Origin: Octopus vulgaris
Taxonomy: Eukaryota
Direction of reading: 5' to 3'
Assembly: GCA_951406725.2 (NCBI GenBank)
Contig: OX597816.1
Span: 145,886,001 to 145,950,000, forward strand
DNA length: 64,000 bases
Position numbers and translations under genes: made by a program. Below, piece by piece: positions 29,151 to 42,001 of the stretch (positions are counted from its first letter, which is position 1; every line of letters begins with the position of its first letter). Below the pieces are notes generated by a model. That model had not been told where the DNA came from. It saw nothing but the letters and a program-made list of their open reading frames with translations, and did no database searches.

Positions 29151-30992
29151 GCTACGTGAGGCTGGCTGACACTAAAGCAGAATCACTGATTGACAGATGG
29201 GAGAAGGTAGCGATCGTGTTCATAGCGCACCCTCCTCCTGGTTCGAAGGCTTGTACCACCAAGTAGCTGCTCAGCTCTGGCTGGTGAAACTCAACCTAAC
29301 ACGGTACTATTGGAAGGCAGGTTTAGAGAGGTCGCGGGCTAAAAGTACGCGCCTTCCTATCCATTGGTCAGTTGAAACTTAAATAGTGTCACGTGACAGT
29401 TAGCTGGTGCTGGCTGCTGGAGCCTACCGGCGAGTTTTTACAGTTAGATTTAGCAGGATGGTTATTCGCACGCTGATATTCGTTGGCGCTGTATAGAGAG
29501 ACACTTCGGAACAAAATAAAAAAGGAAAAAGAAGAAGCATACTCAATACCAGAGCTGAAGATACCTCCGAAAGGTGTGGGGCGCCACGTCTAAAACGGTA
29601 GAGGAATAAGGGCCGAAACCTGACGTGGTTCTTCCTGATGATGTCATTAGCCACTGGATCTTATAAAGAAACTGTTGAGGTAGTGAACCTCGAAACGTGG
29701 CTGGAATTCTTTCTGTTCAGCCTGATTTTGTTTATTTTATAATGCATCCGGCATTTTCTTTTATGTAGAAGGTCTCTAATATTTTATTTCTCTAAGTGAA
29801 ATTCATACTTCACTAAAAACGTAATGAGATATATTGCAGATTCATATGACGTTACAAATTTAGTAATTTGTTTATTTGATATTTGAAGCCATAATATTAG
29901 TAATGTTCTTTATATATTCAAGTTCATTATAACCAAAATTATTAGGGACAAGTATGAATGTCATTGCATCTAACTGATTTATGAATGAATGAGTAAAAGC
30001 TAGTCTTGCATATATTAGGAGAATGTACACGTTGACAAATGGTGATCAGCTTAGTTTCAATCTAACCGAATTGTTCCACAAGTAACAACATATTCAATTG
30101 AGCATTTACTTTCCGCACAGAACTTGGCTTGCCTTGAGAATCTTTTAAACTTATGGAGAGGAAACAAAACCAAATAAATAAGATAAAATGAATTACAAAC
30201 TAAACTTACTCGTCATGCAATGTGTATGTTGCTTAGGTTAACTGATTAGTTGGAATAAACTGATCATGAAAACATATACTTACGTGATGATTACTGAGAA
30301 AAAAAAAAGAGACGTAAACACAGTCGTATAAAAATAATTCATCACAACAATTGGTATAGAGCTATAATTTTCTCAAACGTGTTATGTACATTCTAAATAT
30401 AAGGTCAATTAAATTATAGAACACTTTGTTTTCATTTACTCCATGGATAATTTTAAAAGAAAACTCAAATTTTCTCTCATTTCCATCGAATATGTGTGAC
30501 TGTGTGTTAATTTATTGCTTCTCTATCGGCGTGAATATGGGTAGAGAAGAGATTATGTGTTTGTGTATTTAAGTACTTTCTTTTCTCAATGAATGGTAAA
30601 TATAATTAAGCGAAGAGCCAATTTATTTGAACACGTGTTAATTTTATTTTGCAAAGCTGCTATTCAGCATTCGTTTAGAAAATGAGTATTTTTCATACAC
30701 TTTTCAGAAAAAAAATCATACCATTTTCAGAGAAAACACACGATACATAATAAACACTGAAATTAAAACAAACAATCAATAAAATTTAAATTTGTCATTT
30801 TTCAAATAATGATGAGATTTATCATATCCTAAGAGTATGAATTTGAAAAATGTATATTCGCTTAACATATTTAAGTACTATTTTCGTTTGTTTTCTGATT
30901 TTGTATTAAATATTTTGGATTCTCTAAATAAATGTACTAAGAAAAACATAATTTGAAGATCTAGAGACGAGAAATGTAGAAACATAAACAAA

Positions 30993-31157
30993 AGGCGTAG
31001 GAGTGGCTGTGTGGTAAGTAGCTTGCTTGCTAACCACAAGGTTCCGGGTTCAGTCCCACTGCGTGGCACCTTGGGCAAGTGTCTTCTACTATAGCCTAGG
31101 GGGTAACCAAAGCCTTGTGAGAGGATTTGGTAGAAGGAATCTGAAAGAAGCCTGTCG

Positions 31158-31227
<70 letters not shown>

Positions 31228-31450
31228 TGTGTGTTTGTTTGTGTGTCTGTGTTTGTCCCCCCGACATCGCTTGACAACCGATGCTGGTGTGTTTAGGTCC
31301 CTGTCACCTAGCGGTTTGGCAAAATAGACCGATAGAATAATTACTAGGCAAAGAATAAGTCATGGGGTCAATTGCCTCGACTAAATCCGGTGCGCTAGCA
31401 TGGCCATAGTCGAATGACTGAAAAAGTAAAAGAGTAAAGAGTAAACAGAG
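30993..31450 (+). mobile_element. tRNA-derived SINE, full length
   Basis: A-box-like TGGCTGTGTGG and B-box-like GGTTCAGTCC head; CCTTGGGCAAG core; internal (TA)(GT) microsatellite; AGAGTAA tail. Confidence 0.88.
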
Positions 31451-32134
31451 TAAAACAAATTTCGATTAAAAAAAAATATATAAAAACGCCTAACAGAAGA
31501 CTTGCAGTTTCAAGAAGTAGATTTTGCAAAATACTAAAAAGACACAGAAAGAAAAGAGTCAAAAGATATTACTTTAAGAAATACATAGCCTTCATACTGT
31601 TGCCGCTGGAACTTGATCACAAAATTGTAACGAAATTTCCTAATGGTCTTCTGTTTCAATGTTGGAGAAATATTACTGATTGTAAGAAAGAATTTCAGCA
31701 ACTTAACAATTTTGTGTCTAGTGATTCAAAATATTTTCATCTTGTGACAATGTTCTTACATTTTATCCTACGATGATCTCGTGCTTCGCATGATTATCTT
31801 CGGTGTCTTTTTTAATGTAACACATTTCTCTGCAATATGAACGTAACTTTCGGTGTGTTCTATAATTGGCACGAGTTCGGATTCGAAACGAAAAGCTGGG
31901 AATTATCTAACAAAATGATAAACACTCTCTCCTATAGTTTCTATGCTACATATTGCTGTGTACTTTGATGGTAAATTTAGAAATGAGTCAAGTACATTGG
32001 AGACTATACTTCAATTACACTGTGCAACAACAATATTGTTTTTCTAAATTTTGTTTAATGTTTCACGGTGTTTTTCTACTCCTGATTACAAAAATAACCT
32101 TAGATTTTGCCTACCATCCATATTCATTTTATTA

Positions 32135-32377
32135 TTCTTTTATTTGTTTCAGTCATTTGACTGTAGCCATGCTGTAGCTATGCTGTAGCACCGCCTGTAG
32201 TCGAACAACTCAACCCACGACCTATTCTGTGTAAGCCTATCATTTATTCTGTCGGTATCTTTTGCCAAACTGCTAAGTTACGGGGACATAAACACACCAA
32301 CATCAGTTGTCAAGCGATGGTGGCGGTAGAAAGACAGACACACAAACACACACACCTACACATACATACATACATAA

Positions 32378-32418
<41 letters not shown>

Positions 32419-32737
32419 TAAATTAGAGATAAAACCACTATTAGGCAAACCAAACAGTGAAAAACATAAGCCAATACATAAAATTAATTTAAAAATATAA
32501 AAGTTAAAAATAAAAAAATTATTAAAATAATAAGTTTAAATTATTTTAATAATTTTTTATTTTTAACTTTTATATTTTTAAATTAATTTTATGTATTGGC
32601 TTATGTTTTTCACTGTTTGATTTGCCTAATAGTGGTTTTATCTCTAATTTAATATAATATAGTATAATATATTTATACTATAAAATTGGATTTAATCCTA
32701 AGTCTAATTTTTCCCTGTAAGTTTGGAATTTATTCCC

Positions 32738-32824
<87 letters not shown>

Positions 32825-32987
32825 CGGGCTTCCTTCAGTTTCCGTCTACCAAAGCCACTCACAATACTCTGGCCGGTCCGATGCTATACTAGAAGACACT
32901 TTCCCAAGATTCCAGGCAGTTGGACTGAACCCGGAATCATGTGGTTGGTAAGCAAGCTACTTACCATTTAGTCACTCCTGCGCCTAT
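32135..32987 (-). mobile_element. tRNA-derived SINE with a palindromic insertion in its microsatellite
   Basis: SINE halves at 32135-32400 and 32822-32987 flank a palindrome. Confidence 0.8.
32408..32661. repeat. Near-perfect AT-rich palindrome (~120 bp arms)
   Basis: AGAGATAAAACCACTATTAGGCAAA... / ...TTTGCCTAATAGTGGTTTTATCTCT. Confidence 0.92.
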
Positions 32988-33059
32988 TTAAAGAAATATT
33001 AATCGTTTTATATTGGAAGAAAAACTACTTGGTTGTGGTAGCGCTCTATTGACCTTATT

Positions 33060-35345
33060 CACATTATGCGACAATATCAACCAAATAATATTTTTATAAT
33101 CATTTTTAGCATCGCACCTTAAGCTTTACAGAAAATATAAATAGATAAGATTACGCTAGAAACGCATTAAAACCATGTTTACTTTCTGTGAGCTCCTATA
33201 TATTGTCACTCATCATAGCAGTGTCCCGTCTTCTTTGGTATCTCTTCTTAATGTCCTTATGGGATCTCTTACCATGCACCTCAATGACCTGACCCAAGTC
33301 TTCAGGAAAGAAGTATAAATGGGAATGCAAAAAGTGCACCTTTAAAACACACAATAAGCTTTGTTATCAACTGCTTGTAGTTGAGATCATTCCTGTTGCC
33401 TAGGAAACCACGAACTATCCCACGATATGCACATCATGCCTCTCTTTCGACATCATGCATTGCCTTTTTAAGTTTTCTGATCTCAACATTGTCCTTAATT
33501 GTTGTCCTGTAAAAACACCACCGTTAAACTTTCCTTCAGCTCTGGAAAGAGTAAACGAATTTCTTGAAAGACTTTTCCAGCATGATCTAAGGCCCTCATA
33601 AACTATTTGACTCGAACCAGTTTTACATAAAATGGAAGTAACAAAAACTTTGCAGGCTCTATATGAGGTTGTCTTATAACATTTTGCATTCCTGGACACA
33701 TGTCATTTCGTGGAGGCCTCTCAAACTTTAGATAATGTTCATGATCAGATCGAATATTTTGTGTATTCACTCTGCAATCCAAGCAAAGAAGGCAAGCATC
33801 TTAGAATTGCACAAACATCCCACTTATAATCCGCATAATTTACTATCTGAAGAAGCCTTTCCTTCATCTGTACAGAATATGAGATAGGCTGAGAGGGATA
33901 CAGATTTCCATTGTGCAGCAATAATGCTTCGAGGCTTCTTGTTGAGCTGTCTATAAAAAAAGTCGCCATTCGTTTCGGTCATGATCAATTCCAATAGCTG
34001 CAAACAAGCCATCTATATCTTTGCAGATACAGAGGTCTTCACAAACATCAAAGTATACTTTGAATTCTTTATGCTGTTTCCTGTACTCTGTTGATGTGCA
34101 GTACTCCTCGAATAAATTCCATTCCTTCAGCCTGGATACTAAAACATTCAGCTCCTAACTTGGTGAGACCTAATTCCATGATGAAATCATCCAGTTCACG
34201 TTGATTTGGAAGGTGTGGATTGATGCTCATTCTTGAACGCTTCATCAATTTCTTTGTGGTTGCCACCTTCGGACTCTCCCGATGTCACCTCCGCAGTATC
34301 GTCTACTTGACAATATAACATGTTTGCATATGATAGCGTGAACTAGAGTATGAATGTTATTAGTAAACGTAAAGTGAAAAGAAACAGCTAAATGCTTTTA
34401 ACCTTTAAATTTTGATTATTTTATCTAGCATATGACATTTAAAGCCGATTTAAACATTGTGATGGGATTTTCTCACCTTTTCTGGTGGTTGCAGTACGAG
34501 TAACCTGTCATCACGTGGCACGGGTGCAATACAGGATGATATGGTGGGATACTGAAGTGCTTGTCTTCCTTTAATTTGTCTGTACTTTGTTAGGTCAATC
34601 ATACAATAATAGTAATCACCGTGATGGCGTTTTTACTCTCGCCAATATTCTAGGAATAGTAAAAGATATGGCTCTTCTTTAAGCTCCCAACCGTCCTTCT
34701 AAATTTGATTGACAGCTTTCACATATTACATGTGATGGGGAGGAAAGGGTTATCTTGGTCACCCAATTTCATTCCAAAGTTGAATCTGTTAGCGATCCAG
34801 TATTCGGCAGCTTTCACGATTTCATGTGATACATGCTTTGTTCCAACATAGTATCCGCAAACGTAAGAGAAATAATCTGGTGAATTTTTGCATCTCCTGG
34901 TAGCCATGGCCAAGAAAATTTAGAGTAATACTCATAATAAAGGGCTGAAAGAGAAAATATATTAGTATCATATCAATATACACCTTAATGGACTGCTCTC
35001 TACTACACAAGAAGTGAGTCTGTCAGTTTTATCAGGCTGAAACGAAATTGGCATACCGGTTGAGTACTATGAAAACAGAGCAGCTACTCACTGTCCATTT
35101 CATTAGAAGTTTATATTAAATCAAAAACACGATCTAGCTATCCCAAATTTTGTGTATAAATGAGCAGATGATCCTTCCCATAAACATCACATTTGTTAAT
35201 AATAAACGTAATATCATATATCTCAGCAACGGTCGTTCGTAGAAAAAAGTAAGATCAGTTTCGGAATCTGCGCAAGAATTTGCAAAACAAACACTTGAAA
35301 AATTAGGATAAACAAAATTCATGCAAAATTTTGTAACATAATGTT
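33060..35345 (-). mobile_element. Degraded DNA transposon, probably Chapaev3 (CMC)
   Basis: CKNSPDYFSYVCG, FGMKLGDQD, FIDSSTRSLEALLLHNGN, GVFTGQQLR and HFLHSH motifs; short TIRs CACATTATG..ACAA / TTGT..CATAATGTT. Family name is from recall. Confidence 0.75.
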
Positions 35346-37589
35346 ATTCAATTATGATATGAATCTAATCACATTTCCGCTACTGTGCAGTTCACTATTC
35401 TCTTGACACATTTACCTAACCGGAGATATATTGGAGTATTTTGTCAACTGAAATTTTCTAGAATACGAACAAACATGTTTTTGCAGTGATCGTGTTTGTA
35501 TCTTATGGAAACAGTTGTTCAATATCACTTTGAATTGGTTCCATTGCTGATACAAACACGTGAATAGCATGAAATTCATTGTCGAGGCTGTTCACTCGAT
35601 CATATCTTTTTCAATAATGTTTTTAGGGAACAAAAAATATTACGTTAACATTCCTTTTTCACTTCGTATCATTGGTTAGCTGCAACTCTTGAATGTGCTC
35701 CGCTTTAACACATTTCCAAAGTATTTCCTTTTGGCTGGAGTCCTTCGAAATGAACAAACAATCGATTTACCCTTTGTTAATCACATTGCTGTTGCAGGAA
35801 TTTTCTTCAAAGAAAGGGCTTATGCAATAGTAGCTGATGCACATAGTTCAATTTGTTGCAGATCGACATAATCATTAAACACTTTCATAGCTACACAATC
35901 TACATTGAATCCACCATTCCCGAATCTACCTTCATAACTGTCTTGTCTATATCGAATATCACACACCAAGGATATCACGAACAAAATACAATTGATAATT
36001 GCACTTCCTATCATTATCAAATCATGCTTCTTCAAATTGCTATTGCAACAAATGTTTTTCCATACCAAGTTTAAATTCAGAATTTTCAAAATTTGTTAAA
36101 CAAGAAAACATCGTAAAATGGTGATGATTACTTAATTAACGAGTATAGAAGAAAGTAAGCGTAGGTTTAGCATGTATCGAGGTATATTTTTGCGCGCTTC
36201 CCAAAAAGCTGCAACTCTAATATTCCTGTAAGGTTGCGCCGTATTCAGGCAATGCTCACTGCAACATGCATAATCTTATTTGCAATATCTCAACTCATTC
36301 CATATTTAATGGAAATCAATAGTTTCTTGTATCTTAATAATGCACAAAGATTATGAATTACTCGTAAATGCAATTGTGTACGATAAAAAGTGACTGGATC
36401 AGTCTATTGCTGTAGAATAATATATTTGTAGGGAGGGGAAATATAGTAGGTACTCATTACTTGGAATAAATGTTGTTTTCCTTTTTCTTTAAACATACTT
36501 AACATACTTGCTGGTCATGTGGAAGTGTTCAGTAATTTAACGTGTCTTTAAGTAGTTATATTCACGAAAATATTTGCTTTGATTATATTTTCTTAAATGT
36601 ATAATAAATCGTCCCTCATTTATGGTCTAATCCGTTTGATTGTTAATATCCTACAAAGTGAATTTTGTTAAAACACTTTTAAAACATCTTTAATTAATTG
36701 ATGATTTTTTTCCTCTAAAATTGAAATACAAACGATGATTGTAAATTACATTCAGCATTTTACATCCATTTATCAAATGTAACAGTCGATATATGATATC
36801 TACAAATAGTACATAACTGTTTAAACCTCCTGGTTTAAAAGTTGAATGTAATCTTATGTTTTCAATATTACAGCATATATTAAAATATGCAATAATAATA
36901 TAATTAAAGCTCCCCGTTCCTCTGATAGCAAAAAGCCGTGTTCTTGAGAGTGGCTTAAAAGATGACTTGGTTTGAATAACACTTGAGTTCCCTGTCGATA
37001 ATATCACATTACGACGTCTCAAGTGCTGTCATGCTATGTGGAAGTTAGTAATTTGTTTCACTGATTAATCACCTACCTAATATGAAATAAATGTGTTATC
37101 GCGACAAAAAGCTAACTAAAAAAACTCATCCACATGCACTTTTGTGGAAATATTACTGGGAATACCTTTTCTGTTTATTGGGATGTCAGGTAAATCCATT
37201 TGTTTCTTTCTAATTATATTTCAAAAAGTAATACTATCATAGTATTCTACAGGTTTTGTAGTTCTACGCTTCCAATGCTTACAGTTTTCGAAATTTTGAA
37301 TACATTTTACCTCTTTTCAGATAGATGAGAATGGAGTGCTAAAACAAATGAGCTTTCAAATGAAGGTTCCAAATCTGCCAATGTGGATCGAAGCATTTGT
37401 GATGTACACAAAAGAGGCGCTGTTACTGAAGGAACTGCACTAAAACGGCTTTCACGCATGAAGGAAAATTCGAGGGAAAAGTGGGAGACGAGAGAAAATA
37501 CAACCAGTCGCTTCAGTGGTTGGCGTGAAAAGGAAAAGAGAATAAGAAATGACGATGACCACGAGCCACATGTAAAAAGCAGGGGCGAG

Positions 37590-37790
37590 AAAATGGTAGA
37601 GGGAAGAGCGAGATACAGAAATCTGAGAGGGAAGGGGAGAGGAAAAGCAAAAACAAAAACAGATAGTAGGACAGAAGTGTAGAGAGGGGAGGGGAGAAAG
37701 AAAGACAGGGAGGGTAAAATGGTGCCTTCTCTCTCCTCGTCCCTCTCTGCTCTCTGTCTTTCTCTGTGCCCTCTACCACTCTTCTCCCTC
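37590..37790. repeat. Purine/pyrimidine inverted repeat (MITE-like remnant)
   Basis: TGGTAGAGGG...GAGAGGGA / TCCCTCTC...CCCTCTACCA. Confidence 0.45.
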
Positions 37791-38034
37791 CTACTGCTGA
37801 CACGTCTCCAGTTGCCATCCTCATCGCTTACAGTTTTAATGGATGTTATCAGGAATTTTGTAAAAGATTAGTCCATTTCCAATTCTACTAAACGAAGATT
37901 AAGATTATTTTTTGCGAGGAAGTTGTCCTGGCTTCGCTTGAGATGTTGTTGGGGACTCAGCCATTCTTTTCTCTGCTTTAAATTGATGTAAAATCACATT
38001 TTCTTATCATCATTGAGGATGCGCTATCATTCTG

Positions 38035-40320
38035 TCTGTACAAGTACTCCACCTTACATTTTGCTGTCATTTCTTTCTCCATCAATTTATCCATTTCCCA
38101 AATTCCCAAGTACTTATAGCCCTTCTCTTCTACCTGCTTCATAACCTCCCCCGACGGCATCGCTATCCCGTCCATACATATGATTTTGCCTTTCTTCAAG
38201 ACTAACACACCACACTTTATCAGCCCGAACTCCATTCTGATATCTGAACTGAAGGTATACACCGTATCAAGGAGGTAACTGACTTGTGCTTCATCTTTAC
38301 CATAAAGTTTGAGGTCATCCATGAATGATAAATGGTTAACTTATTGTTGTCGGCGTTTGAATGCATGGCCAGAATCATTGTTAGTGTTCCTCAGAATCAT
38401 TGTTAGCGGTAACATGCACATTATAAAGATCATTAGGGATAGACAGTCCGCGTGGAAGATGCCTCACCTGATTTCCATCATTCCTAAACTTTTTCCATAT
38501 GCTATGCTGTCAGTTCCGTCGTCCACTTCGCCATAGTTTTTCCAAGCAATCGCTCAACATTCGATGCAATACCAAATAGATTCATACATTCGATAATCCA
38601 AGAATGTGGGATCATATTCGTACGCCTTACGATAATCGATCTAAGTACAGTTTTGTCTACCAAGAGTTGAACATTGGTACCGCTGCACTTACGCCTGCAA
38701 GCGTTCTGCTCATGTGGCAGGACTCCATTCTTTTTCCAGATGTCGGAATATTGACTCTGCGACTATTCCAGTCAATAGCTTACACATACCTGGCAAGCAG
38801 GTTATCGGCCTGTAATTTTCTACCGTATTGCCTTTTTCGAAGTTTTCAAGAACAGCACTGTCCAACACATTGTCAACCACTCTCGTATTACTTGGCCGGC
38901 ATTTAACAAGGAATTGACTTGTGCAGCTATTCGTGCATGACATTCACCAAATCTTTTCATCCACTAGGCTTGAACTCCATCTGGTCCCGAGGCCTTCCAT
39001 TTGCCCATTTTTCTTTTTTTTTTTTGCTGATTTCCTTCACTTACCTAACTGAAATGACAAGTTCTGCCTGTTTTGGACAGACTACTGTTTGTTTCAGTTC
39101 TTGCAACCATTCACTATCTTCTTGTGCTTCTCCAAAACCTTAGACTTTCAATGTTATCTGGTATCAAATTTTCATCTGTACGTACACTCTCCATTTATTT
39201 CTTTGTAGAATATCTTCTGATCTACTGTAAATAATTTATTCTGCTGGCGAACCATCATTTTATAGTCGTTTCTTAACATCTTTGCTTTCTTTGTAATGAA
39301 GCACTGTTTCAGTTCCTTTTCTTTCATATCAAACTTCTCGTTCTGTGCCCTGTAGCTTTGTTCGCTTTAAAGCTTCCCCTTTTGTTTTTGGTCTAACACA
39401 GAAATGTCCTTCGAGAACATATCTAACCCCACTTGTATTCTCCTTTTCCACCATGAATCTTATCTTTTGTCACTTCCATTATATTTCTTTTTCTTGACAT
39501 CAACACTCACATTTTCAGCCATAACAATACTTGCTGCCTTTATCAAATTACTTGTTTCTGTTATGTTTTTGTTCTGATGTATTTCAGAATTTCATTGACA
39601 TTTTTGGTTTCTTGGTACAGTTTCCACCGATCAACCTTTTTATGGTTGCAAGTAATGTCGCTATCGTTCTCCTGTAGCCTTGCCTTTATTCTGTCCTTTG
39701 CCCATCTGTCATCTCACCATTAGTTTTATTGTTTTCTTCCAAATCATCTATATGTCTCTCATCGAGCAATCTATCGCTGTTCCTTTCCTGGGGCTAATTA
39801 GCCATTTCACCTCTCTGTTTTCTGCTATGAGATTACTTTTATCAGTAGGAACTGTATTTCCTTTGGTGCTCTCTTCCGATACTCGTTATTGATAGCTTCG
39901 AATTTTTATTTTTGCTGTAGCTTGATTACATAACCTCTGCATCGTGAATTGAAACAATTATATGTTTCCCCATTGAACATACATACGTTGTCGGTATCCT
40001 CTAAGAGGAACACCGTTTTTGTCTACGGAGTTGCTCAGGTGGTAACACTCCATGACCACAGCATTGATTTGTTTGTTCCACCTACGCCGTGTGTACCGGT
40101 TCCTTGCTGGATAACGACAGGCTGGAGTCTGACCAATATTTCAGAGCCCGCCAGGTGTAACACTGTCAACATCAAGGGCTCCAGTTTCATTACCATTGTT
40201 ATTCACAATATTTCTTTTTCATTATCACTCCTATCAGGTTTCGCAATTACCATTGTTTTTATTGTGACACTGTCACTAGATATATCACGAATCAGAGTTT
40301 AGAGCGATTCCGACCGCTTC
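38035..40320 (-). mobile_element. Degraded R4/Dong-like non-LTR element (N-terminus to RT)
   Basis: NYRPITCLP, FMDDLKLY, IRMEFG, YKYLG; (TTA)n at 40410-40520 beyond its 5' end. Confidence 0.85.
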
Positions 40321-40423
40321 CTTTCATTATTAGTATTATCATCATTGATATTATTATTTTCATTTCCTTACTATTTGACGTTGTTAATATTTCCGCTGAT
40401 TTTGGCTAAATTATTATTATTAG

Positions 40424-40493
<70 letters not shown>

Positions 40494-40889
40494 ATTATTA
40501 TTATTATTATCATCATCATCATTATTACCACCATCACCATTATTAACAACTTTATTTTTATTATTTCCATTTATTATTAAAAGGTATTATTGAATGTTGT
40601 TTAGTTTCAACTTTTGTCTTGTACATGATCATGAATATGTGAGTGTTTAAGGGAATAGTATGAGCAAGATAGACAGCTTTGTGCATAGATTAAATTCCAG
40701 AGGCCTGTAAATAAATTCGGTCAGCAATGGGTATTCCTTTGCGATAAGGAGACAAAAGCGACCTTACACATTTGGGTTCAGCAGAGGGCAAATGTGTTTA
40801 CTATTACTAGCGATCAATGAGAGTGCTGACCTTGGCCTTAAAAAGAAACAAGTCAACTTGTATTTTTAAGTACTGAAAGAAAAAATAGT

Positions 40890-40976
<87 letters not shown>

Positions 40977-41399
40977 TGATGTTCATCTCACTGAATTTTT
41001 GAATTTCTGGATTTTTTTCCCTTTGAAATATTACTTTACATTTCGTAAATTTGCTTAGTTTAGAGTTTTTATAATTCTGCAATTTGTATATATTGGCAGG
41101 TGCTTACCTTCTTAATATTTTGCACTTTATCGTGCATTTAATTATGTTGTTAAAATAAACGGCATGTTTACATATTCGGGTATTCAGGAAAAAAAATATA
41201 AAATTTTCACACAAAATTGTAGATATTAAACTTTCTAATTTTATTTTGACTTGTTCGTTTGTATGTCCGACGAGAGAAGACCGTAGTGTCTTTGCAATAA
41301 AAAGGATGTTTACATTTTCGAATATTCAGGGAGGAAGGAAACCTCCCTGATACAACTGTAAAACCATGATACAACTGCAATACCAGCAGAGATGGTTAT

Positions 41400-41935
41400 T
41401 GTGGTGTGAATGATGAAGAAGACAACAGAATAGAAGAAAAGAAATATAATTAGGTCTCAACTCGGCGAAGATTAGTCTACCAAACTCAGCGAAGATCAGA
41501 TCTCTCTCAACAAAGTCAATGCGTCTCGTCGCTTCCTCGTCTCAGCTCCAACTGCCGCTTCGTTGATGCCACAGGTGCGTCGCTCCTCACCGCTTCCGCT
41601 TCCTGCCGCGCATGCGCCCTGCAAGGCCTGCTTCCGCCCTCCCCTATCTGTCGTCCTCTCCACCGACACCGTGAATGATGAAGAGGACAACAGAATAGGA
41701 GAAAGGAAATATAATTAGGTCTCACCTCGGCGAAGATTAGTCTACCAAACTCACCGAAGATCAGATCTCTCTCAACAAAGTCAATGCGTCTCGTCGCTTC
41801 CTCGTCTCAGCTCCAACTGCCGCTTCGTTGATGCCACAGGTGCGTCCCTCACCGCTTCCGCTTCCTGCCGCGCATGCGCGCTGCAAGCCCTGCTTCCGCC
41901 CTCCCCTATCTGTCGTCCTCTCCACCGACACCACA
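41400..41935 (-). repeat. Tandem double 3' LTR (41400-41670 and 41671-41935)
   Basis: Two near-identical LTR copies joined at GACACC|GTGAATG. Confidence 0.95.
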
Positions 41936-42001
41936 CGCCCCCCTGATCTACAGATCACTGAACCGGCTTTCTCACTCGCTCCCCGCTCCCGACCTCGCAC
42001 C

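Larger units (their letters stand above)
30100..37200 (-). pseudogene. Receptor paralog C, ectodomain exons; interrupted by SINEs and a DNA transposon
   Basis: ORF 35820..36089 CDIRYRQDSYEGRFGNGGFNVDCVAMKVFNDY matches paralog B; ORF 36690..37022 (RLYFNFR vs YCFNFR); KCVTL...NISP exon ~31590-31830; small AG/GT exons near 30110-30240. Confidence 0.5.

Noticed and set aside
29545-29710. CTGAAGA/CTGATGA and GAAAC motifs as a hammerhead
   Set aside because: Could not build consistent stems I-III around either core
41400-41935. Tandem repeat as a CRISPR-like or satellite array
   Set aside because: Two ~270-bp LTR copies with no spacers; eukaryotic context
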